Below, one piece after another: positions 38,076 to 45,860 of a stretch of 64,000 nt of DNA. The position numbers and the translations under genes are program-made. How positions within the stretch are numbered: the stretch's first letter is position 1; the number at the start of each line of letters is the position of its first letter. The notes under the pieces were generated by a model. That model did no database searches. It was not told the DNA's origin and saw only the letters and a list, made by a program, of their open reading frames with translations. Origin of the DNA: an uncultured Nitrospiraceae bacterium (GTDB taxonomy: Bacteria > Hydrogenedentota > Hydrogenedentia > Hydrogenedentales > SLHB01); the NCBI GenBank assembly GCA_964632865.1, contig CAZWDH010000001.1, positions 10,106 through 74,105 on the forward strand, read 5' to 3'.

Positions 38076-38743
38076 AGTGGAGCTGCCTTCAGCACGTCGC
38101 ATTCGAGACGCCCGGCTATCTCGCTTCATGGGCCAAGGACAGAGGGTACGACTTGACACGGGTAGAAATCTGGAACGGCGCCGCCTTGCCACGGGCAAAG
38201 GAAACCGACGGCTTGTTCATCCTCGGCGGCCCGATGAACGTTTACGAGGAAGATCGGTATCCCTGGCTGATTCCAGAAAAGAGGTTCATTGAAGAGACGA
38301 TCGCCGCCGGCAAACCGATTCTCGGAATCTGCCTGGGAGCGCAGCTCCTCTCCGTGGTCCTGGGCGGAACCGTTACTCCGAATCCGTGGAAGGAGATCGG
38401 CTGGTTCCCGGTTCAAATGACGCTTGCCGGCCGGGAGGCCGGCCCGTTCCGCGATATCCCGGAGCAGTTCATGGCCTTCCACTGGCACGGTGACCGTTTC
38501 ACCGTTCCTCCGAGGGCAATTCACGTTGCACGATCGCACGGCTACGAGAACCAGGCCTTCGTGTACGAGGACCGCGTCGTCGGGTTGCAGTTTCATCTCG
38601 AATGCACGGAGATGGGCATCGAGGCCCTCGTCGATCACTGCTGCCAAGATGCTACGTGCGGGTCGTACATCCAGCACGTCCCTGCCATCCGCGACCAGTT
38701 CGGCCACCTGCCTAAGAGCCACCTTTTCTGGATAACTTGTTAG
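38072..38743 (+). CDS. Class-I glutamine amidotransferase-like protein (GATase1 domain). Its start overlaps the Crp/Fnr stop (ATGA).
   Basis: LFILGGPMNVYEEDRYPWL...KPILGICLGAQLL...AFHWHGD. Confidence 0.78.
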   Translation: MKWSCLQHVAFETPGYLASWAKDRGYDLTRVEIWNGAALPRAKETDGLFILGGPMNVYEEDRYPWLIPEKRFIEETIAAGKPILGICLGAQLLSVVLGGTVTPNPWKEIGWFPVQMTLAGREAGPFRDIPEQFMAFHWHGDRFTVPPRAIHVARSHGYENQAFVYEDRVVGLQFHLECTEMGIEALVDHCCQDATCGSYIQHVPAIRDQFGHLPKSHLFWITC

Positions 38744-39054
38744 ACCGCCTCGTACGCTGCGCCCGGTAAGTTCGGCCCCGCTGGCTGGGGATCTGAACGG
38801 GCGAATCGGAGGGGCGACGGCGAATGCAGAGCGCGCTGGCGATTGGTCAAGGGACGAACGCCGTTTGGCGGCCCTCATGGCTGCATGCCTATCTGTCGCG
38901 ACTCACTTGCAGATGGACATTACATTATTGTTTACAATCGTCAGTGCTGCTCGCGAAAAAATAGCGCGCGTCCCTGACCGAATACCTGGATGACAGCGAT
39001 TTCGCAGCTCGTTAGGCACGCGAATTGCATGTCGATCGGTGAGAGGTTAAACCC

Positions 39055-39780
39055 ATGTCCAAGCAACTTGTGTGGGACGCTCCGACACGGATGTTTCACT
39101 GGCTATTTGCGGGAGGATTTGCCGTAGCGGCAGTCATCGCGCTTCTGTTCGACGACAGCAGCCCCGTTTTCCCCTACCACGCGATCATCGGATTAGCGAT
39201 CACGCTGATGGTATGTTTGCGGGTAGTATGGGGACTTGTCGGCTCCCGTTACGCCCGGTTCTCGACATTCGCGTTCGGGCCGGCCGCGGTTGCCCGGTAC
39301 ATCAAGGGCGCGTTGTTTGGCATCGCCCGGACGTACATCGGCCACAACCCCGGCTCGGCGTACGCGGTCTTCGCCATGCTAGTGCTGATGATCAGCCTGG
39401 CGGTAACAGGGATCATGATGGGTCGGGGGAACGAGAACGTGAAGGAGCTTCATGAGGTTCTCGCGTACGGGATGATCGGTGTAGTTATCGCGCATATTCT
39501 TGGCGTGGTCTTCCACACGATCCGGCATCGTGAAAACATCATCGCAAGCATGATCCACGGGAAAAAGGATTGCGAGCCGGCCGAGGGCATCCGGTCGTCG
39601 CACCAGGTGCTCGGAGCCGTATTCCTGGCCGTGGTCGGGGCCTGGACCATCGGCTTGGTCAGGAACTTTGACCCGATGACTGGGACTGCTAGGCTGCCCG
39701 TTCTTGGGACTTCGCTTCAGGTCGGCGAGGCGGAGAATGACGCCGACGCCTTGGACCACGAACATGATGACGGCGATTGA
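39055..39780 (+). CDS. Cytochrome b561 family (Ni/Fe-hydrogenase b-type cytochrome-like) membrane protein.
   Basis: RMFHWLFAGGF..., HNPGSAYAVFAMLVL, four TM helices with conserved His. Confidence 0.8.
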   Translation: MSKQLVWDAPTRMFHWLFAGGFAVAAVIALLFDDSSPVFPYHAIIGLAITLMVCLRVVWGLVGSRYARFSTFAFGPAAVARYIKGALFGIARTYIGHNPGSAYAVFAMLVLMISLAVTGIMMGRGNENVKELHEVLAYGMIGVVIAHILGVVFHTIRHRENIIASMIHGKKDCEPAEGIRSSHQVLGAVFLAVVGAWTIGLVRNFDPMTGTARLPVLGTSLQVGEAENDADALDHEHDDGD

Positions 39781-40074
39781 TTAACTGTTTAGCGACGAGA
39801 ATCCTAGGTTCTGCGGTAAATCGTTCCGGAAATCGTGCAAGGGAAGAACTCTCTTCCTGCCGGTTCCGACCGCGAGTTGGCTGCGCGAACCTGGCCGAGC
39901 CACGCCCTTCTGGAAAACCTGTCAGACTACCTCGTAGTTGTAGCCCTGCAGGCCATACTCGCCCTGAAAAAAATCTTCGTTGTTTGATCCAGCGCAAAGA
40001 ACGCCATCGGCGGAAGTCGTATAGTTGATGGTGATATGAGAGGTCGAAGGATCAACAAGTCCGCACCGGCTCCC

Positions 40075-40329
40075 ATGTGGACGATCGCGGAGGTCCTCGT
40101 TCAGTGTCCCCAGGCTGCGTTGGTGTTTACGCGGTTTCGGATGGCCTGCGTGGGTTGCCCGATGGCGGCGTTCGAGACGCTGGCCGAGGCGGCGCAAGCC
40201 TATGGCCTGGCTCCGGAGGCGGTGCTTCAGGAAATCCGCGGCGCGGTCACGGAGCGAATGTCGCAGCTTCAAGCTTCAAGTCGCGGCCCCGAGAGGCGCG
40301 CGGATCGGAGGCGCACTCATGACACGTAA
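40075..40329 (+). CDS. DUF1858 (hybrid-cluster-protein-associated redox disulfide) domain protein, overlapping the norB start by 11 nt.
   Basis: MWTIAEVLVQCPQAALVFTRFRMACVGCPMAAFETLAEAAQAYGL. Confidence 0.7.
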   Translation: MWTIAEVLVQCPQAALVFTRFRMACVGCPMAAFETLAEAAQAYGLAPEAVLQEIRGAVTERMSQLQASSRGPERRADRRRTHDT

Positions 40330-42619
40330 TTCCTACTCCAGACACTGGTTCGCGTTCGGCGCGGTGGTTGTCGCATCCTTCGCCGTACTGGGCTACTACG
40401 GCTGGGAACTTTACCGTGAGGCACCGCCGGTTCCCGCACGAGTTGTCACCGCCGACGGCAAGGTGATCTTCACGGGCCAGCAGATCAAGGACGGGCAGAA
40501 CGTCTGGCAGTCCATGGGCGGTCAGGAAGTCGGCACCGTCTGGGGGCACGGGGCCTACGTCGCGCCGGACTGGTCGGCGGATTGGCTGCATCGAGAAGCC
40601 ACCGCCCTGCTGGAGCGATGGGCCAGTCGCAAACACGGTCACGCCCTCACCGAGTTATCGCCGGAACATCGGGCGGTTCTGGAGGCGCGACTGAAGCAGG
40701 AACTTCGGACAAACACCTTCGACGGGTCGACGAACGTACTGACAGTATCTGCCGATCGAGCTGCCGTGATCGACGAGGTGGGGGCTCATTACGCCGCCCT
40801 GTTCGGTGACGATCCGGCGCTGGCTGGCCTGCGCGATGCCTATGCCATTCCCGCGAACGCGATCAATGACCCTAAGCGGCAGGAAGCGCTCAATGCCTTC
40901 TTCTTCTGGGCCTCGTGGGCGTGCGTCACGGAGCGCCCGGGTTCGAACATCAGCTACACGAACAACTGGCCGCCTGATGAGCTGGTCGGCAACCGCCCGA
41001 CAGGCTCGATCGTTGTCTGGTCGGTCATCAGCTTCGTGCTGCTTCTCGCCGGCATCGGGGCGTTGGCATGGTACTTCGCGGTTCAGCGGAAGAGCGAGGA
41101 TGAACCCAATGGCGTGCCCACCGATGACCCGCTGCTGGCTCTGAAACCCACGCCGTCCATGCGGGCCACGCTCAAGTACTTCTGGGTCGTAGCAGCGCTG
41201 ATCGTCGCCCAAGTCGGACTCGGCGCCGTGACGGCGCATTACGGCGTTGAAGGGTCCGGCTTCTACGGATTCCCGCTGGTTGAATATCTGCCCTACGCCG
41301 TGACGCGAACGTGGCACACGCAGCTCGGCATTTTCTGGATCGCCACCGCCTGGCTGGCGACGGGACTGTTCATGGCCCCGGCCGTCTCCGACTATGAACC
41401 CAAGTTCCAGCGGCTGGGTGTCAACGCGCTGTTTGTCTGCCTTCTGGTCATCGTCGTCGGTTCGATGGCGGGACAGTGGTTCGGCGTCATGCAACGCCTG
41501 GGGTTGGAGGCCAACTTCTGGTTCGGCCACCAGGGTTACGAGTATGTCGACCTGGGGCGGTTCTGGCAGATCTTTCTGTTTGTCGGATTGTTTTTGTGGC
41601 TCTTCCTGATGGGTCGGGCGATGTGGCCCGCCATCCGCAAGCCGACCGAACACCGCCATCTGCTGAGTTTGTTCATGATCGCCTCGGCGGCCATCGCGCT
41701 ATTTTACGGCGCGGGCCTGATGTGGGGCCGGCAGACCAACCTCGCGATCGCCGAGTACTGGCGATGGTGGGTCGTCCACCTGTGGGTCGAGGGGTTCTTC
41801 GAAGTCTTCGCCACCGTCGTTATCGCGTTCCTGTTCACGCGGATGGGACTGTTGCGCGTGGGCACTGCCACTGCCGCCGTGCTGTTCTCCACGACGATCT
41901 TCCTGAGCGGCGGCATCATCGGGACGTTCCACCACCTATATTTCACGGGTACGCCGACAGCCATATTGGCTCTGGGAGCCGTGTTCAGCGCGCTCGAGGT
42001 CGTGCCTTTGGTACTCATCGGGTTCGAGGCCTACGAGAACCTCACGCTGAGTCGCGCGAAGCCGTGGGTCACGGCGTACAAGTGGCCGATTTACTTCTTC
42101 GTCGCGGTGGCATTCTGGAACCTGGTCGGCGCGGGGCTTTTCGGCTTCCTCATCAATCCGCCGATCGCCCTGTACTACATGCAGGGATTGAACACCACGC
42201 CGGTCCACGGTCACGCCGCACTGTTCGGCGTATACGGCATGCTGGGCATCGGGCTGATGCTGTTCTGCCTGAAGGGCTTGGCGACTCGCCTGGAGTGGCG
42301 CACCGGCGCCTTGGCTTATGCGTTCTGGGCGATCAACATCGGATTGGCCTTGATGGTGCTCCTGAGTCTGCTCCCCGTGGGATTGCTCCAGACGTGGGCC
42401 AGCGTGGAACACGGCATGTGGTACGCCCGATCGGCCGAGTTCATGCAGACGCCGATCATGGACACCCTGCGCTGGCTGCGCGTGGTCGGCGACACCATTT
42501 TCGCAACCGGCGTGCTGGCGTTGGGATGGTTTGTCCTCGGCCTGAAGACGGGCTGGTCGGTCCGAGCGGAAGCCAGGGCGACGCGTGGTTCGCCCCGCAC
42601 CGCCGGCGAGCCGGCGTAG
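40319..42619 (+). CDS. norB: Quinol-dependent nitric oxide reductase (qNOR, single-subunit NorB/NorZ).
   Basis: ~766 aa with an N-terminal periplasmic extension plus a haem-copper oxidase subunit-I core (WVVHLWVEGFFE, HHLYFTG, HGHAALFG). GGAGG RBS before ATG 40319. Confidence 0.92.
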   Translation: MTRNSYSRHWFAFGAVVVASFAVLGYYGWELYREAPPVPARVVTADGKVIFTGQQIKDGQNVWQSMGGQEVGTVWGHGAYVAPDWSADWLHREATALLERWASRKHGHALTELSPEHRAVLEARLKQELRTNTFDGSTNVLTVSADRAAVIDEVGAHYAALFGDDPALAGLRDAYAIPANAINDPKRQEALNAFFFWASWACVTERPGSNISYTNNWPPDELVGNRPTGSIVVWSVISFVLLLAGIGALAWYFAVQRKSEDEPNGVPTDDPLLALKPTPSMRATLKYFWVVAALIVAQVGLGAVTAHYGVEGSGFYGFPLVEYLPYAVTRTWHTQLGIFWIATAWLATGLFMAPAVSDYEPKFQRLGVNALFVCLLVIVVGSMAGQWFGVMQRLGLEANFWFGHQGYEYVDLGRFWQIFLFVGLFLWLFLMGRAMWPAIRKPTEHRHLLSLFMIASAAIALFYGAGLMWGRQTNLAIAEYWRWWVVHLWVEGFFEVFATVVIAFLFTRMGLLRVGTATAAVLFSTTIFLSGGIIGTFHHLYFTGTPTAILALGAVFSALEVVPLVLIGFEAYENLTLSRAKPWVTAYKWPIYFFVAVAFWNLVGAGLFGFLINPPIALYYMQGLNTTPVHGHAALFGVYGMLGIGLMLFCLKGLATRLEWRTGALAYAFWAINIGLALMVLLSLLPVGLLQTWASVEHGMWYARSAEFMQTPIMDTLRWLRVVGDTIFATGVLALGWFVLGLKTGWSVRAEARATRGSPRTAGEPA

Positions 42620-42665
42620 GTGAATCTCGATGCGATCGTCAGAAGGCGAATCCGGAGGAAGCACT

Positions 42666-44285
42666 ATGAAAACCACGGCACTGAACGTGGAGACGCAGTC
42701 GGCCCCGCGTGAACCTGCGATCGGAAAGATGCCCGGTCACTGGCTGCTGGCCAAGATGGGCAAGCGTGTATTGCGACCCGGGGGTCTGGAGTTGACGCGT
42801 CAGCTCCTGCACGAACTGGCCATTGGTGATCGTGACGACGTTGTCGAATTCGCTCCGGGTTTGGGTGTGACGGCCCGGATGACGCTCGCCCAAAGGCCGC
42901 GGTTATACACGGCCATCGAGCGCGATCGCGATGCGGCTGACGTGGTCAACCGATATCTTTCGGGGCCGAATCAACGATGCATCATAGGCAGCGCTGAGCA
43001 GACTCACCTGCCGGACGCCTGCGCGACGGTCGTCTATGGCGAAGCCATGCTGTCGATGCAGCCGCCGGGGCACAAGAGCCGCATCGTCGCGGAAGCGGCG
43101 CGACTCCTCAGGCCGGGCAGCCGCTATGGCATTCATGAACTCTGCCTCTTGCCCGATGATCTGGAACTTTCCACGCGCGAAGCGATCCAGCGCGAACTGA
43201 CGGACGGGATTCATGTGGGCGTGCGGCCTTTGACCCGAACCGAATGGCGCGAACTGCTCGAATCCGCCGGACTGATGATCGTCGCGGAAACGACCGCACC
43301 GATGCACCTTCTAGAACCGAGGCGGCTGGTAAGAGACGAGGGACTGTTCGGCGCGATGCGGTTCCTTTGGAATGTCGCTCGAAACAAGCCGGCGCGGCGC
43401 CGCGTGTTGGCCATGCGACGGATTTTTCGCAAATACCGCAGCCACCTGGCCGCCATCGCCCTTGTGGCCATCAAGAGAAACGAAAACCCAACTTCGCCTT
43501 CGGCCGTTTCGAGCGGTATTCGAGAGCGAGAACGATCACGCCCAACGAAGGAGAATTCCATGAGTGCGTTTCAAATTCACGACACGGTCGGAGCCATCGT
43601 GGCCCGCCGCCCGGCGCTGTCGCGCGTCTTCGAACAGGAAGGAATCGACTACTGTTGCGGGGGCAAGAAGGCCCTAGACGAGGTGTGCCGGGAGAAAGGA
43701 CTCGACCCAGCGGGGCTGCTTGCCAAGTTGGAGGCACATGCCTCAACGTGCGCGGACGAGCCGGTTGTGGACGCCGCCGCGATGTCCCTCGCGGAGCTGG
43801 CCGACCACATCGAACAGACGCATCATGCCTTCCTGCGCCGCGAGCTGCCGCGCCTGGACGCCATGACCGAAAAAGTTGCCTCCGTCCACGGCGACAAGGA
43901 TGCTCGCCTGACCGAGATCAGGGGGACATTCCTCGCCCTGTCCGACGAGATGACCAGCCACATGATGAAGGAAGAGCAGATTCTGTTCCCCATGATCCGG
44001 CGGCTTGACGCCAGCAAAACAGCGCCGGCGTTTCATTGCGGTTCGCTGGCCAATCCCATTGCCCAGATGGAGCACGAGCACGATCAAGCCGGATCGGCCC
44101 TCGATCGCCTTCGTACGCTGTCGGACGGTTACACACCGCCCGAGTGGGCCTGCAATACCTATCGGGCCATGTTGGACGGCCTCGCGCATCTCGAACGGGA
44201 CATGCATCAGCACGTTCACAAGGAGAACAACATTCTGTTTCCCAAGGCAATCAAACAGGAAACGGAGCGCACTGGAAAGCAGTAG
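42666..44285 (+). CDS. Single uninterrupted ORF joining a class-I SAM-dependent methyltransferase (aa 1-~290) to a complete RIC/ScdA/YtfE-type di-iron repair protein (from the internal AGGAG-ATG at 43561).
   Basis: MTase motif I VVEFAPGLGVTARM. RIC part: ScdA_N (IDYCCGGKKALDEVC) and hemerythrin-like HxxxE repeats (HIEQTHHAF, MMKEEQILFP, MEHEHDQAG, HQHVHKENNILFP). There is no stop codon between the two parts. Confidence 0.7.
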   Translation: MKTTALNVETQSAPREPAIGKMPGHWLLAKMGKRVLRPGGLELTRQLLHELAIGDRDDVVEFAPGLGVTARMTLAQRPRLYTAIERDRDAADVVNRYLSGPNQRCIIGSAEQTHLPDACATVVYGEAMLSMQPPGHKSRIVAEAARLLRPGSRYGIHELCLLPDDLELSTREAIQRELTDGIHVGVRPLTRTEWRELLESAGLMIVAETTAPMHLLEPRRLVRDEGLFGAMRFLWNVARNKPARRRVLAMRRIFRKYRSHLAAIALVAIKRNENPTSPSAVSSGIRERERSRPTKENSMSAFQIHDTVGAIVARRPALSRVFEQEGIDYCCGGKKALDEVCREKGLDPAGLLAKLEAHASTCADEPVVDAAAMSLAELADHIEQTHHAFLRRELPRLDAMTEKVASVHGDKDARLTEIRGTFLALSDEMTSHMMKEEQILFPMIRRLDASKTAPAFHCGSLANPIAQMEHEHDQAGSALDRLRTLSDGYTPPEWACNTYRAMLDGLAHLERDMHQHVHKENNILFPKAIKQETERTGKQ

Positions 44286-44324
44286 CGTCCTGAGTACGCC
44301 CCGCAACGAAAGGAGTACGATGAA

Positions 44325-44777
44325 ATGTCCCGGATTGATGGCGTCTGCAAGGATGTGCTCGAAAAAACGGGGTGGGGCGCCATTGCCACTGCCGGACCGG
44401 ACGGTCCGCACGTCGTAGCCACTTGGGGCGATTACGTGCGGCAGTTGGGAATCGGCGATATGTTGCGGGTGCCGGTCAGGCGCATGCACAGAACTGAGGC
44501 CAATCTGACGCGCGACCCGCGAGTCGAGTTGCTCTGCGGTACTCGCCAAGTCCAGGGCGTGCACAGTCCCGGCAAAGGATGCGCGATCATCAGGCGGGCG
44601 GAGATGCAGAAGGCCGGGCCGAACTTCGCCGCCGTCAAAACGGAACTGAGCTTGATGATCAAGCCCGGCGACAGTGCCATCCCGCTTTATGATACGACCC
44701 GCATCTACGCCGAAGCCATTCTCGAATTCGCGCTCCAGCCGGCGCCCGGTTCGATCGCGGCAGGAGTCGAGCGATGA
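44325..44777 (+). CDS. Pyridoxamine-5'-phosphate-oxidase-like (split-barrel FMN-binding) protein.
   Basis: GWGAIATAGPDGPHVVATW... pattern. Its stop overlaps the next start. Confidence 0.55.
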   Translation: MSRIDGVCKDVLEKTGWGAIATAGPDGPHVVATWGDYVRQLGIGDMLRVPVRRMHRTEANLTRDPRVELLCGTRQVQGVHSPGKGCAIIRRAEMQKAGPNFAAVKTELSLMIKPGDSAIPLYDTTRIYAEAILEFALQPAPGSIAAGVER

Positions 44778-45373
44778 TCCGCGTCAAGCGCGTCTACAAT
44801 GAACCTGAAAGGCAGGACGGCATGCGCATCCTCGTCGACCGCCTGTGGCCGCGGTGGCTGAAGAAGGAGGCGGCGCGACTCGACGACTGGATGAAAGACG
44901 TTGCCCCAAGCGACGCACTCCGTCGCTGGTTCGGCCACGATCCAAAGCGTTGGGACGAGTTCCAGCGACGTTACCTCGCAGAGTTGGACGAGAAACCTGA
45001 AAGGTGGCGCACCCTGCTGGAGCGATCGCGCGTGGAGCCCATCACGCTCCTCTATGCGGCCAGTGACCCTGACTATAACAACGCCGTGGCGTTGAAACGC
45101 TATCTGGAGCGACGCGCCAAGAGGCGGCGGCCGACGACGCGCTCCGGCGAAAAGGCAGTCGCAAACCCGTCTATGCGAGCTGAATCGTCACATCGGCGGT
45201 CCCGGCATCGAGCGCCCTTTCGGACGCGTATTCACAGACGCATTCGTCCGAAAACGCCACGAGGCGTCCGTCCTTCCGCCGTTTCAGGGCCACCCAATCC
45301 TCACACGTTGCCTGCCAAGTCTCCCCGCCGATCAACTGAGCTATCGTCCACGCTCGGTGTTCATCCATCTTAG
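44774..45373 (+). CDS. DUF488 (YeaO-like) protein with an anomalous ~80-aa low-complexity C-terminal extension.
   Basis: MIRVKRVYNEPERQDGMRILVDRLWPRWLKKEAARLDDWMKDVAPSDALRRWFGHDPKRWDEFQRRY. Confidence 0.65.
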   Translation: MIRVKRVYNEPERQDGMRILVDRLWPRWLKKEAARLDDWMKDVAPSDALRRWFGHDPKRWDEFQRRYLAELDEKPERWRTLLERSRVEPITLLYAASDPDYNNAVALKRYLERRAKRRRPTTRSGEKAVANPSMRAESSHRRSRHRAPFRTRIHRRIRPKTPRGVRPSAVSGPPNPHTLPAKSPRRSTELSSTLGVHPS

Positions 45374-45434
45374 TTAGTCGCCCCCTACACGCCTCGCGCC
45401 GCCGCTAGCGTCGGTCTGGCTACCTCCCTGCATT

Positions 45435-45860
45435 TCACGGCCCAGTCAGCCGCGCGCCCAGTTCTTGAATCTCACGTCCACCGATCACACCGTCATTCTC
45501 CCAATCCGCCCGGCCACAGGCCGGTTCCAATTCCCCGCCGGACAAGCCGAAGCAGTTCTGAAACGCAGCCACGTCGGTAAGGTCCTTGTCCCCGTCGTCG
45601 TCGAAGTCGGCGAAGAGGTCGGGAAACGCGTAGATACGCCGGTCGAAGTCTCCGGCGACAATTCCATCAGCCTCGACGAAATCCTCTGACTGAATGAACG
45701 CCGCCGGATCGAGAGGAGAGAAACCATCGCGGAAGTGGACTTCCAGCCGCCCGCCGAGCGTGGTCTGTCCGGTCACATGCAGCACGTCGAACTCGCCGGG
45801 GTTCTGTCCGGCATATTCCATGATCAAGGCGCCGCCGGGGAGTATCTCCAAATCTCCGTC
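45435..45860. repeat. Conserved 3' block of the paralog family (copy 1 of 3; the others are ~48335-48760 and ~51204-51630).
   Basis: Long stretches are near-identical at nucleotide level, e.g. ccggttccaattc(c/t)ccgccggaca(a/g)gccgaagcagttctgaaacgc.gccacgtcgg, between 45515 and 51290. Confidence 0.8.

Noticed and set aside
38126-38878. 250-aa minus ORF.
   Set aside because: Antisense to the GATase1 gene, which has clear motifs.
40655-42676. Two long minus-strand ORFs (334 and 246 aa).
   Set aside because: Antisense shadows inside the qNOR gene; Arg/His-rich with no motifs.
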